Of a stretch of 64,000 nt of DNA, positions 24,571 through 38,469 are shown piece by piece. The position numbers and the translations under genes are program-made. Origin of the DNA: Okamejei kenojei (lineage: Eukaryota); contig JAVHYY010000086.1 in NCBI GenBank assembly GCA_035221665.1, positions 124,001 through 188,000 on the forward strand. Reading direction: 5' to 3'. Every line of letters starts with the position of its first letter. Within the stretch, counting starts at the first letter, position 1. Below the pieces are notes generated by a model. That model saw only the letters and a program-made list of their open reading frames with translations, did not search any database and had not been told where the DNA came from.

Positions 24571-26175
24571 CCTTACTTATCCAATTTTCCACCCCATCAT
24601 CCAGATCATTGATGTACATGAAAAACAACAGTGGACCCAACACAGATCCCCGAGGCACCCCACTGGTCACCGGCTTCCAACCTGACAAACAGCCATCCAC
24701 CATTACTCTCTGACATCTCCCATTCAGCCACTGTTGAATCCATCTTGCTACTCCGCCATTAACACCCAAAGATTGAACCTTCTTAACCAACCTTCCATGG
24801 GTAACCTTGTCAAAGGCCTTACTGAAATCCATATAGACAACATCCACTGCTTTACCCTCATCAATTTCCCTAGTTACCGCTTCACAAAATTCAAGAAGGT
24901 TTGTCAAACATGACCTTCCAGGCACAATTCCATGTTGACTCTTCCTGATCAGACCCTGTTTATACAGATGCTTATATATATTATCTCTAAGTATCCTTTC
25001 CATTAATTTGCCCACCACTGACGTCAAACTAATAGGTCTATAATTGCTAGGTTTATTCTTTGAACCCTTTTTAAACAATGCAACAACATGCTCAGTACGC
25101 CAATCCTCCGGCACTATTCCCGCTTCTAATGACATTTGAAATATTTCTGTCATACCTCCTGCTATTTCTACACTAACTTCCCTCAATGTCCTAGGGAAAA
25201 TCCTGTCAGGACCTGGAGACTTATCCACTTTTATATTTTTTTAAAGTGTCAGTACTTCCTCCTCTTTGAATCTCATAGTTTCCATAGCTACTCTACTCAG
25301 ATTCAGATTCCTTTATTGTCATTCAGACCTTTCGGTCTGAACGAAATTTGTTACCTTGCAGTCATAACATGTAATAAATTAAAACAAAACACACAATAAA
25401 CACATAATTTAACATCCACCACAGTGAGTTCACCAAGCACCTCCTCACTGTGGTGGAAGGCAAAAATCTTAAAGTCTTTGTCATTTCCCCTACTTGTTCC
25501 CCCTCTGTACTGAGGCAATCCAGGCCTACGATGTCATCGTCCACCAGGCCCGCGGCTTTTTCCCCTTAACTCACAGAGTTCAATATCCTTCTCCTTGGTG
25601 AATACCGAAGAAAATAAATTGTTCAATATCTCCCCCATCTCTTTAGGCACTGCAGATAGCTGTCCATTCTGGTGCTCTAATGGTCCAATTTTATCCCTCG
25701 TTATCCTTTTGCTATTAATATAGCTGTAGAAACCCTTTGGGTTTACTTTCACCTTTCTTGCCAAAGCAACCTCATATCTTCTTTTAGCCTTCCTAATTGC
25801 TTTCTTAAGATTCTTTTTACATTCTTTATACTCCTCTAGCACCTCATTTACTCCATGCCTCCTATAATTATTGTAGATATCTCTCTTTTTTTTCGAAACA
25901 AGTGTCCAATTTCCCTTGAAAACCATGGCTCTTTCCAATTTTTACTATTTCCTTTCAATCTAACAGGGACATAAAGATTCTGTACTCTTACAATTTCCCC
26001 TTTAAATGTCCTCCATTCTCTTCTACATCTTTCCCATAAAACAGAGTGTCCCAATTCACTCCTTTTAAATCCTTACGCATTCCCTCAAAGTTAGCCTTTC
26101 TCCAATCAAAAATCTCCACCCTAGGTCCAGTTCTGACTCTCTGCATAATTATATTGAAACTAATGGTATTGTGAT
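24571..26175 (-). mobile_element. Second partial copy of the same CR1 ORF2, interrupted by a LINE-tail insert at ~25276-25555
   Basis: Near-identical to 21541-22885. ORFs at 24524-25228 and 25534-26266. Confidence 0.88.
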
Positions 26176-26209
26176 CCATTGTGATAGATCCATTGTGATA
26201 GATCTGTGA

Positions 26210-29200
26210 TAGAAAATCGGTTGGCATACACGAAGCAAAGAGTAGGAGTGAGCGGGCCCATTTCACATTGGCAGGCAGTGGCTAGTGGAGTGCCGAAAGA
26301 TCGGTGTTGGGGCCGCAACTCTTTACCATAAATAGTCATGATTTGGAAGAGGGAATTAGGAGAAACCGGCAAGCATGCGGATGACACAAAGCTGAGTGGC
26401 AGTGTCAACTGGGAAGAGGATGTTTAGAGGTTGCAGGATGACCTGGACAGGTTTATTGAGTGGGCAGATGCGTGGCAGATGCAGTATAATATAGATAAAT
26501 GTAAGGTTATCCACTTTGGCGGCAAAAAATAAGGGGACAGATTATTATGTGAATGGGGTTAGGTTAGGTAAGGGGGAGGTGCAGCGAGAATTGGGTGTCC
26601 TTGCACAACAGTCACTGAAAGATGGTGTCGAGCTACAGCAGGCAGTAAGGAATGCTAATGGAATCTTGGCCTCCATAACAAGAGGGTTTCAGTATAGGAG
26701 TAAATAGGTTCTTCTGCAGTTGTACAGGTACTGATGAGACCACATCTGGAGTATTGTTTACAGTTTTAGTATCCTGATTTGAGGAAGGACATCCTAGTGA
26801 TTGAGGCAGTGTAGCGTAGGTTCACGAGATTGATTCCTGGGGTGGCGGGACTGTCGTGTGAGCAGAGATTGAAAAGACCGGGCTTGTATTCACTGGAGGT
26901 TAGAAGGATGAGGGGGATCTTATAGAAACATATTCAATTATAGAAGGACTGGACAAGCTAGATGCAGATTCAAGGGCCACAGATCTTTTTGAAAAAGGGG
27001 AGTCCATTTAAGACTGAGTTGAGAAAGTACCTTTTCACCCTGAGAGTTGTGAATTTGTGGATTCCATGCCACAGAGGGCAGTGGGGGCTAAATCACTGGA
27101 TGGATTTCAGAGAGAGTTAGATACTCTCGGGGCTAGTGGTATCAAGGGATATGGGGAGAAGGCACGCACGGGTTATTGATTAGTCACGATCAGCCATGAT
27201 CAGCCATGATCAATTAATGGCGGTGCTGGCTCGAAGGGCCGAATGGCCTCCTCCTGCACCTATTTCCTATGTTTCCATATGTCTATGTTTCTATTTGCCA
27301 CCCTCTGACTAAATACATTTCTCATCGGCTCCATCCGAAAATAACGTCCTTAAATTCGGAAGCAATTACCTCTATTCCGAGACTTTCCCACTCGTAGCAA
27401 CATCCTCACCACATTAACCTATCCAAGCCTTTCACCATTGAGTATGTTTCAATGAAGTCACCTCCTTATTGTTCTAAACTCCAATGAGCACAGGCGCAGT
27501 GTCGAAAAACGCTCATCGTAGGTTAACCTACTAATTAATAGAAGGATAGGAAATAGGTGCAGGAGTAGGTCATTTGGCCCTTCTAGCCTGCAGCGCCATT
27601 CAATATGATCATGGCTGATCATCCAACTCAGTATCCTGTACCTGCCTTCTCTCCATACCCCCTGATCCCTTTAGCCACAAGTGCCACTTCTAACTCCCTC
27701 TTAAATATAGCCAATGAACTGGCCTCAACTACCTTCGGTGGCAGAGAATTCCAGAGACTCCATTCTCTGTGTGAAAAATAGTTCCTCAACTCGATCCAAA
27801 AGGAATTCCCCCGTATCCTTAGACTGTGACCCGTTGTTCTGGACCTCCCCAACATCGGGAACAATCTTCATGCATCTATCCTGTTTCTATAAGATCCTGG
27901 AGATGTTGCATTCAATTCCCTCGTCCGAATCATTAATATGCATTGTAAATAGCTGTGGTCCCAGCACTGAGCCTTGCGGTACCCCATCAGCCACACCCTG
28001 CCATTGTGAAAATGACCCGTTTACTCCTACCCATTGCTTCCTGTCTGCCAGCCAGTTCTCTATCCACATCAATACTGAACCAAAAAATACCGTGTGCTTT
28101 AAGTTTGTATACTAATCTCTTATGTGCGACCTTGTCGAAAGCCTTCTGAAAGTCTAGTTATAACAAATCCACTGGTTGTGTTGATAATGATAAACTTCAT
28201 CTGGACCCTCTCCACGACCAGCACATCCATCCTCCGAAATTGTGGCCACAATTGCTCACAATATTCCAAATGCGGCCTTCTCGTCGCCTTATAGAGACTT
28301 AGCGTTACAACCCTGGTTTGGATACAAATGCTCTTGAAATAGATACAGGCATTGAATTTGCTTTATGTAGTACCGATTCGACTTGCAGATTAACATTTTG
28401 GGAATCCCGCATCAGCACTCCCAAGTACATTTTCATCTACGATTTCTGAATTATCTACCTATTTTAAAATATATCCTTCGCCTTTATTCTTAATAACAAA
28501 ATCCAAGACTCCACACTTTGCTACACTAGTTTCCATCGTCCACCTTTCTGCCACTCACCCAACCTGTCCAAGTCTTTTTGCACAGTTTCTGCACTCTCTG
28601 CAGCACCTGACCCTCCACCAATATTGGTATCATTCGCAAAATTGGCCACACAGCCTTCAATCCCCTTATGCAAAACATTAATGTGCATTTTTTGAGTAAC
28701 GTTCCCAGAACCAACCCATGCGAAACTCCACTAGTCACTGGCGGCCAAACAGAAAAAAGCCCCGTTTAGTGCCACGTTTTGTCTTCTGCCATCCAGCCAA
28801 CCTGCTATCCATGCTAGTTAGTATCTGCCCTTTGATACCGTGGGCTTTCTTCGTCCTTAGTTGCCGCACGTGTTGCCCATTATCAAAGTACTTCCAGAAA
28901 TCTGAGTAAACAGACCACCGTTGTCTTGAGTATTTACACCTTGAAAGGATCACAGAACAATTTGAAGCAGGACTGCCGCTTCACAAAGCCATGCAGTCTT
29001 CGATCTATTTTATCGTGTACTTCGAAGTACTACGCAACCTCAACCTTAATCGTGGACTCTCAAATCTTACCAACCATCGAAGGCAAACAAACCAGCCTAT
29101 AGTCCCTACTATTCTGCCTTGCTAGCTTCTTTGTGCATCGGGGTACTATTGCCAATTTTCCAATCGTCTGGGACGACTCCTCCCTCTAGTGATTCTTAAA

Positions 29201-29405
29201 ATATCACTGTGAATGCCTGCAAAATCTCTGAAGCCTCCTCTTTCAGAACACGCGTGTGCAGTCCATCAGGTCCAGGTGGCTTATGTACCATCAGCCCGTT
29301 CAGCATCCCAAGCACCTTCTAATGAATAATATACACTACACTAACTACCACCCCCTAACTCTCTTGAATTCAGGCACGTTCCTGGTGTCTTCCATTATGA
29401 AAGAC
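26210..29405. mobile_element. Cluster of older degraded CR1 fragments (+ at 26210-27295; - at 27300-29405)
   Basis: RT C-terminal remnants (GVPQGSVLGPQLF, EKAGTGY*) and (TTTCTATG)n tails. Confidence 0.75.
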
Positions 29406-29935
29406 ACCAGGAACGACACCAGACGCGTTGTTGCTACAACGCCTTTGATAAGAAGATGCTCCCACGCGTGACAGGTTATACACAGCTTCTCATTATCCCT
29501 TTATGCCCGCTGTAATTCGAAATCTGACTCCAGCAGAACACCAGGTATCCATTTTCAGGAAGAATTAGCAACAAAAAGCGCTATTCGGCCCGCGTTCTGA
29601 AGAATGAGATGAAAGCAGCGGTCTCCCCTCCTTTTCATCGGCTGCCCCTTCTCGCCGTTCATGGCGTAGTCAGAGAAACTATATGATCTGTGTGGACTTT
29701 CAACAAGCTGGTGGAGGTGCAGGTTAAAGTGTCCTCCATCCTTTCTGCCCGGTGAGAGCGGATTTCCGCTGTCGCGAAATCGGCATTGCTCAGACCCGGA
29801 GCACGGGTGGCAAAAGTGTAGTTTTCATTTTAAAAGTAAACATAGACGACGTGCTAGCGAGGATAAACCTCCACGTCAACTTACAATGAACGTTTACAGC
29901 AAATAATGGGATTTTGTCTGTTCGAGTCTTACATA

Positions 29936-31563
29936 CAGTGGCTTGCAAAAGTATTCATACCCCTTGAACTTTTTCACATTTTGTCACGTTACAACCACAA
30001 ACGTAAATGTATTTTATTGGGATTTTATATGTTAGACCAACACAAAGTGGCGCATAATTGTGAAGTGGAAGGAAAATGATACATGGTTTTCTACTTTGTT
30101 TACAAATATGAAACAGAAACGTGTGGCGTGCAAAAGTATTCAGCCCCCTTTACTCTGATACCCCTAATTAAAATGCAGTGCAACCAATTGCCTTCAGAAG
30201 TCATCTGATTAGTAAATAGAGTCCACTTGTGTATAATCTAATCTCAGTATAAATACAGCTGTTCTGTGAAGGCCTCAGAGGTTTGTTACAGAACATTAGT
30301 GAACAAACAATGTTCCTTGGGCATCATGAAGCCCAAGGAACACACCAGACAGGTCAGAGATAAAGTTGTGGAGAAGTTTAAAGCAGGGTTAGGTTATAAA
30401 AAAATATCCCAAGCTTTGAACATCTCACGGAGCACTGTTCAATCCATCATCCGAAAATGGAAAGAGTATGGCACAACTGCAAACCTACCAAGACATGGCC
30501 GTCCACCTAAACTGACAGGCCGGGCGAGGAGAGCATTGATCAGAGAAGCAGCCAAGAGGCCCATGGTAGCTCTGGAGGAGCTGCAGAGATCCACAGCTCA
30601 GATGGGGGGATCTGTCCACAGGACAACTATTAGTCGTGCACTCCACAAATCGGGCCTTTATGGAAGAGTGGCAAGAGGAAAGCCATTGTTGAAACAAAGC
30701 CATAAAAAGTCCGATTTGCAGGTTGCCACAAGCCATGTGGGGGACACAGCAAACATGTGGAGGAAGGTGCTCTGGTCTGATGAGACCAAAATTGAAGTTT
30801 TTGGCCCAAATGCAAAACGCTATGTGTGACAGAAACCTAACGCTGCACATCACCCTGAACACACCATTCCCACTGTGAAACATGGTGGTGGCAGCATCGT
30901 GCTGTGGGGATGCTTTTCTTCAGCAGGGACAGGGAAGCTGGTCAGAGTTCATGGGAAGATGGATGGAGCCAAATACAGGGCAATCGTGGAAGAAAACCTA
31001 TTAGAGTCTGCAAAAGACTTGAGGCTGGGGCGGAGGTTCACCTTCCAGCAGGAAAACAACCCTAAACATACAGCCAGAGCTACAATGGAATGGTTTAGAT
31101 CAAAGCATATTCATGTGTTGGAATGGCCCAGTCAACGTCCATAACTAAATCCAATTGAGAATCTCTGGCAAGACTTGAAAATTGCTGTTCACAGATGCTC
31201 TCCATCCAATCTGACTTAGCTTGAGCTATTTTGCAAAGAAGAATGGGCAAAAAGTTCAGTCTCTAGATGGGCAAAGCTGATAGAGACATACCCCAAAAGA
31301 ATTGCAGCTGTAATTGCAGCGAAAGGTGGTTGTGCAAAGTATTGACCCAGGGAGGCTGAATACTTCTGCACGCCAAACTTTTCAGTTTTTTATTTGTAAT
31401 AAAATTTGGAAACTATGTATCATTTTCCTTCCACTTCACAATTATGCACCACTTTATGTTGCTCTATCACATAAAATCCCAATAAAATACATTTACGTTT
31501 GTGGTTGTAGCGTGACAAAATGTGGAAAAGTTCAAGGGGTATGAAAAGTGTTGCAAGCCACTG
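29936..31563 (+). mobile_element. Tc1-like DNA transposon with long IR/DR termini
   Basis: TA TSDs (29934-29935, 31564-31565), termini CAGTGGCTTGCAA...TTGCAAGCCACTG, ~200-bp imperfect inverted repeats and an internal direct repeat (GCAAAAGTATTCA at ~29945 and ~30130). Confidence 0.95.
30326..31345 (+). pseudogene. Tc1 DDE transposase (340 codons; in-frame stops at ~30827, ~31142, ~31217)
   Basis: HTH and [46 protein letters not shown]. Confidence 0.9.
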
Positions 31564-32339
31564 TACATTTCCGTACGCTTTTCCTTGTCATCTCCCTTCG
31601 CTTTACCTTGTCATCTTTCCTCAATTGCGTTCGCTGTCCTAATTCAAGTTTTGTCTATAAACGCCTGCCATTTGCCTACACTACACCAACTGCGAATGAG
31701 CAACAGATTCTCGTGATATTCAACATTAAGCGGATTCTGACGAACTCATCAGTGGGTTACTTAGAGAATGCGTATTCATGCGTTCCATGACACAGGACAT
31801 ACATATCAAAGGGGGACCTGTCCCCTCCTTGACCATTCCGGCAAAAAGTCTATAGTGTGGATGGTCTATGCTGCTAGGTGTCTTATAGGGAACGGAACTT
31901 CTCCCACTTGATATCCCTGAATGGTTGAAATCCTGCAGATTGAATTCAAAATAATTATCTGTATTTGCATGTTCCTCCATGTTTCAGGAATCGAGGCTGC
32001 TTCCTCCAATATATTTGTGGGAATTAAGTCAATTTGGAAACGTTTTCATTCTAATGGACGAAGACTGTTTTCGCTTCTTCGGACTGATGTCGGCGCTGGG
32101 AGAGAGGATAGGCTTGACAAAGCGTGACACATAATAGATGGACAAAGGCGAGGAAGGTTCTTGATGGCCAGATGCTTGGAACAAAGTCCAGAAACTAAAA
32201 CAGGTTTGAGACAGAAAGATTGAAGCGTTGTTCATTGTGAAACCAGATGAAACGGTGGGAAGAAATAGGTGGTGGTTCAGATGAGGCACAGGGCAGCGTG
32301 GAGAATTGGGGACGAGGGGGCTTCTTCTTCTTGCGTATG

Positions 32340-32710
32340 GTGTGCACAACCTGAAGTTGTAAAGAGAGAGATAGTGAATGCCGGCATAGATAAACTGACA
32401 TTGGAAAATTCAGTGCCCATAGAGTCGGGCTATGGTTTGCTATAAATAGATCCAGGAGGCCTGAACGGACCGAACTCAAGTGTTCGTCCAAACGTTTGCC
32501 GTCTCCACGTTCGATGTCGCCGATGCACAGGAGGCCACGTGGAGAACAACAGCTGCAGTGGATGAAGTTGGGGGAGGCGCAAGTGAACCTCTGTCCCAAA
32601 AGGAAGGTCTGCTGCCGTTTATGGATGGATGAGAGGGAAGAGGTATAGGGGCAGGTGAGCGAGGGAGGAGATAAATGTCATCCACTGTGACAGATGTAAC
32701 TCTGAAGTGG
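32340..32710 (-). mobile_element. Penelope-like element fragment (GIY-YIG endonuclease)
   Basis: QRFTCASPNFIHCSCCSPRGLLCIG...RLDEHLSSVR...IANH resembles the degenerate PLE GIY-YIG pattern. Confidence 0.7.
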
Positions 32711-32719
32711 CCTCCCTGA

Positions 32720-35700
32720 TCCATATGTTTTGGTCCTGCCCACTTTTGGAAAAATATTCGAAATACATTTTTGATACTATTTCTGTAGTCTTCGGTATTG
32801 ATTTACAACCTCATCCTATTACTGTTAGATTCTATTAATTTGTCCCGTTCCGCCCATCGGTTGATTGTTTTTACCTCATTAATCGCCAGAAGATCTGTTT
32901 TATTTAAATGGAAAAATTCCAATCCTCCGACCACACTCCAGTGGTATTCTGAAACGATATCATGCTTAAATTTAGAAAAAAAATAGGAGTGACATTATTG
33001 AAGCCTTGGTTAAATTTGATCAGACTTTGGAAACATTTATTGGACACTTTCATAAAATATAAATTGCTCCCTTTTTAACTGTTATAACATCTATTTGACT
33101 TCTATATGGTGGGACGGACTTGACGTCATACAGACTTAAATTGTTCAAACTTTTAGTTCAATTTTGTTTTGCGTTGTTTAGGTTTAATATATTTATTTAT
33201 TTTTTCGTTTTATTTTATTATTATTCGTTTTTGGGTTTTTTTCACTTTAGGGGGGTTTTGCTTTTTCTTTTTCCTTTTTCTTTTTGTCTTTTTATTTTTG
33301 TGCGTTATTCCACATTTATTAGTTTTCTTTTAAAGATTGAACTATATTTACATAGAGACCGGGAGGTCTATACTCAATGTGTATTTTGACATTGTCTTGT
33401 AGATTGATGTCGCATGTTAACCTATCACACACCAGCCAGCATATCTAACTCCACCCCACCGTAATACTCATACTTATACTATTTCCCAGCACGGACAGTC
33501 AGAGCAGCCAGGATGTGTTAACAACTAATCATCCTTCATGCTGTTAAGTTTCAGTGTTGATTAAAGATGTGTTTAAATAATTTACTGAGTCTGGAAGCCA
33601 TTTACATGGCGTCAGAAGCGACTGAATCCACTCCTTCTGTATAACGGTTTTTTGTTTGACCCTTTTGTGAGTCTTTGTTTTGTTTTATGATGGTCTCTTC
33701 CTGTCGAAAGCCTGACCCTCTCGTCTTTGATGCGGATATCAGCGAACGCTGGGCTACGTTTGAAATTGATTACCGACACTATATGAACATTGCGCACCGA
33801 AATTAACCTGATGCTGTCAAGGCATCTCTCCTACACAACCTTGCAGGCCTAGATGCCCTTCGGCAATCCAGCATATTCCGCTATGCTCCGGCAGTCCTCG
33901 ATACCAACCACCAGGTAATAACCCCAGTTGAATCTCCTAATGACCCCAGTGTTCTGATGCGTAAATTTAGCCAGATCTGTGACCTGCCCTCTAATCACAT
34001 TTTGGACAGAGCTAATGTTTTCTCTCGCCGACAACTCCCTGGTGAACGAGTAGACTCCTTTATCTCAGACTTTATGTATTTAGCACAGCGCAGCCGATTC
34101 CAAAATATGCCGGTCGATCAACTGACTGATCAGTTAACAAGGGACATTTTAGTGAATGGCATTACTGACCTAAAGCTCAGTCAGATCTTCTGAGACGGCC
34201 AGATTTGCCACAGGAGGAAGCAGCACACGCATGCAGGACAGCGGAATTAATTGGTGCTATAGACAGTTCGCATGAAACCAAAACCATCAATCAGACGGGC
34301 CTCACTAGGCACCGAACTGATAACAGGCGATTTATGACCCAAGTTAGTCAGGCGGCTGTTGGCGATCCTCAGAAGATATGCCCAAATTCCATCTACTCAC
34401 ACAGCAGACAATCATCTTGCCACAATTTTGGTAAATCATGCAAATAATGTAGAAAGTTAAATCACGTTGTCTCTGCATGTCGGGCAGCAAGTCGGGCCCG
34501 TGGGAATAATTCGCCTCGCTCCAGGTCCAATCTCAACTTCTTGTTACGAGACAGCAACAATCTCACTCCCCAAATCCAGGTAAAACGTGCCTCGGAACAG
34601 ATTCCAATTAACTCACAAGAGGACCCGACTGTTTACTCATTGCAGCTTGCTGCTGTTAAGAATTATGATCCAACCGTGACAGTAACTGTGAAACAACGTC
34701 CATTTGGGCGCGAAATTATACACGGGAGCGAAAGTAAATACAATGTCAATCAACCTCTTCAACAAGATAAGAACTAACGAGCCACTGATCAAGAGGAATC
34801 CACTCTACAGGCGTTTGGACGGGAGGTTCTGGTGCCTCTGGGTAATACCAACTTGAAATGTGTGCCGAAACAAAACCACAAGGACTTAGACCTTCTATGT
34901 CTTGAACTTTAATTCAGTTACTCTGCTTGGCAACCGGGCCTCTCAGGAACTGGGTCTGATCTCGATTGACAAAACGGTTCACAAGCTGAAAAATTCCCTG
35001 GACCCGCTGAGTGAATTCCCTGATATTTTCGACAATAACCTGGGCAAGTTGCCCGTGACGTACAAGATTATTATTGACCCCGAAGTGACACGCGTCATCC
35101 GACCTCCACACCATTTGTCATTTGCCATGACTGACAGTGTTCACTCTGCGCTGAAGGACATGGCTTCCACAGGAATAATTGAAGTAGTCAGCGATCCCAC
35201 CAACTGGGTCTCACCCATGATTGCCACGGTCAAGAAGGGAAAACATTAAATCCGCTTGTGCATCAACCCGAAAGAACTGAACACTGCCATTAAATGCCGA
35301 CACCATTCCATGAAGACCGTCGACATGTTGCGGCAAAGGTCGGAATGGCCACCCTATTTTCTGTCCTCGATGCAAAGAACTTTTTCTGGCAGATACTGAT
35401 GGCCAAGGAGTCATCAAACCTCACCATATTTGCCACCCCATTCGGCAGATACAAGTTTGTGAGAATGCCATTCGGGATCAACTCTGCCAGTGAAGTCTTC
35501 CAAAGAACTATGGAGCTATTATTCGAGGACCTACCTTGTGCTATCATTGTCGACGATATCTTAGTGTATGGCAAAGATGCAACGGAGCACGACCACAATC
35601 TCAGGCTCATCTTGGGTTGCGCACGCTAGGTCACCCAGGAGCCGACACCACACTGGCACGTGCCCGTAGTCTGTTCTACTGGCCGGGAATAGCCAGCTAC

Positions 35701-37220
35701 ACCCCGGACCACGTAGCCTCCTGCCCCGCTTGCAACAGCCTTGCGCTTCGTCAGCAGCGACAGCCCCTTCTGCAACAACCTCCACCAGCTCTGCCCTGGA
35801 CGTCGCTGGCATTTTCGAATGATGCGGGAAGCACTACCTCGTTCTAGTCGACTCTTTTTCTAATTGGTTTGAACTGGACCAACTGACCTCCTTCACATCG
35901 GAGATGGTCATACAGAAGCTGAAAATGCACTTCTCGACCTTTGGCGCTCCCGTCAACCTGAGAACTGACAACGGTCGGCAGTTCACCAGCCACATTTTCA
36001 ATTTTTCGCAGATCGATACAACTTCCAGCACGTCACGAGCAGTTCCGAGTATCCACAGAGCAATGGACTCGCTGAACGCGCGGTCAGAAGAGCCAAACAC
36101 TTACTAGAGCGAGCGCAGATTTCAAAGTCAGACGTTTATCTCGATGTCCTGAATCTAGGAAATGTTGCCAGGGGCGGAACTCTGGGATCGCCAGCACAGC
36201 GACTGATTTCGCAATTGACGAGGCCTCCGGTGCCCATCGCACCTCAGGTGCTGAAGCCCACCACTATCCAGAAACGTCTACAAGAGAAGCACGATATCCA
36301 GAAACGGTCATACGGCAGTTCCAGCAGACCACTCAAGCCTCTATTTCCGGGTCAGTTATTCGGCCTACGAACTGCAAGTGGACATTCCCGTCTGGGCACT
36401 GTCATCAACCAGACGGACGAGCCACGGTCGTATCTGGTTGACTGTGAGGGAGCGGTATACGGGAGAAGTAGACAACACCTGCTTGCTGTGAGGGAGCCGC
36501 GCCCACCACCTGCTGGTCCCTATGTTGCACTTCTTCAATTCCAGCCGCATCTTGCAAAGTCTCACACCCGTCCCCGAATGCCTTGCACTCTTCCACGTCT
36601 AGCGGTATTAACTAACCACGGGGCCTCACCCTCCGCATATTTCCCCTTTCGGACACATCAAGCCTCCATCACGTCATTCTCGCCGCCAAGCTCTCCGTCT
36701 CATATTTCAAGCGAGGAGGGAGGGAGCGTTTGGTCTGCACGCGCTCGGGGCGTGTTAGTAGACCACCAGACAGATATGGCGAGTATATTTAACTCTATGT
36801 TTAACCCCATGGCATGATTGCCCTATCATACTCAACCTTTGGGGTAAGGATGCAGATTGATGTTGCATGTTAACCAATCACACACCAGCCAGCATCTCTA
36901 ACTCCACCCCACCGTAATACTCATACTAATACTATTTCCCAGCAAGGACAGTCAGAGCAGCCAGGATGTGTTAACAACTAATCATCCTTCATGCTGTTAA
37001 GTGTCAGTGCCGATTAAAGATGTGTTTGAATCAAGTTCTGAGTCTGGAAGCGAAATACAGGTCTCATATCAGGTTATACCTGTTATTAATTTAATCCTAA
37101 TCCCTATGTATCAATCTCATTGTTATATTAATCACTATTTGTTTTGCTGTTTTTTTAATGTATTGTTTTTGTTTTGTTTGGAAAAAAAGAACAATAAAAA
37201 TATTATAATTTTGTTTTAAT
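32720..37220 (+). mobile_element. L1 3' fragment split by the Gypsy insertion (32720-33397 and 37060-37220)
   Basis: HMFWSCP C-terminal motif, T-rich 3' UTR and AATAAA at ~37193. Confidence 0.65.
33398..37059 (+). mobile_element. Degraded Gypsy/Ty3 LTR retrotransposon with internal deletion
   Basis: 209-bp LTRs at 33398-33606 and 36851-37059 (TG..CA), PBS TGGCGTCAGAAG and a purine tract before the 3' LTR. Imperfect TSD TGTCT/GGTCT. Gag remnants, then RT (PFGRYKFVRMPFG, IVDDILV) fused directly to integrase (HPG..CxxC, TDNGRQF); RNase H is deleted. Confidence 0.9.
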
Positions 37221-37779
37221 AAGAAAGATTTGTGATGGGTCCATGTCACTTGACCGGCCACATAGTCTCGCCTTGTTGGAAATGAGGGCGCGCGAACCTA
37301 CCGTAGGTGCCGAATGTCTGTCCCTCCTACTGCTTGAGTGGGTCAATTTTCTCCTTTTTGATATCCTTATCAAGATCGTTATGGACTTCCTATATTCGTT
37401 GAAGTCAGGTTCGAACTCAGGTTCGTTGCCGAATGCTTAAACGTCGCCCACGCAACCTAACCCGTGCAGTCCCATAGTCGTTCCTCAACCTTCCGTGACC
37501 GGATCTGTGCTGTCCGTACCACAGCAGCGCGCTGTTCTGTCGCTTCCTTTAAGCAAGAGAAAGGGCACAGGCTGGTGGCAGGTTTTCCAGAAGTAAGGGC
37601 GTGAGAAGGAGCGATAGCATCTCTTATGGTTGCCTAGCGGTGGTCGAGGGTGCCCGATGTTCAGGAGCTGCAAGACTGGTGTTAGCCTTACTTTCCAGTT
37701 TGTTTTTCAAGTTAGCCACCTTGAAATCGTTGTGATGACAGGAGTGGCGCCGAGATATACAGTCTGCTGTGTGCAGGTA

Positions 37780-38450
37780 TAGCAGGCTGTAAAGAAAGCG
37801 CATGGCATTCATTGCGAGAGGATTTGAGTTTAGGAGCAAGGAGTTCATACTGCAGTTGTACAGGACCCTCATGTGACCACTCTTATAGTATTGTGTTCAA
37901 TTTTCCTCTGAATTTGAGGAAGGACGTTATTGCTATTGAAGGAATGCAACATGGGTTCACCAGGTTAATTCCCGGGATGGCGAGACTGACATATGATGAA
38001 CTAATGGGTCGACTGGGCTTGTATTCACTGGAATTTAGAAGGATAAGAGTAGTTATTTTAGAAACAAATACAATCCTTAAAGGATGTAACAGGTTAGATG
38101 GAGGTAAAATGTTCCCGATTTTGGGGGGATTGCAGAATCAAGGGTCACAGTTAAGAATAAGGAGATATACCATTTAGGACTGAGAGGAGGAACAATGCTT
38201 CACGCAAAGTTGTGAATCTGAGGAATTCGCTGCCACAGAAGGCAGTGGGTGCCACGTCACTGTACGGTTTCAAGAGAGAGTTAGATTTAGCTCTTAGGGC
38301 GAAGGGAGTCAATGGATATGGGTAAAAATGCAGGAATGTGTTTCTGATTTTAGATGATCCGCCATGATCATATTGAATGCCGTGCTGGCTCTAAAGGTCG
38401 ATGGTCTATTCCTGCATCTAATATTCTTTGTTTCTATGTTCTATATGTTT
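37780..38450 (+). mobile_element. CR1 3' fragment
   Basis: RT C-terminus (GFTRLIPGM..LGLYSLEFRR) and TTTCTATG tail. Confidence 0.75.
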
Positions 38451-38469
38451 ATGTTGACCACGGCTTACA

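Noticed and set aside
29410-29930. Non-repeat-looking sequence with TLTC / IRNLTP words, a possible Ig C exon
   Set aside because: No coherent Ig-domain motif spacing or splice sites in any frame I could read.
37440-37790. GC-rich stretch containing GCGCCGAGATAT like V FR2
   Set aside because: The match is only 12 nt, with no other V features or RSS.
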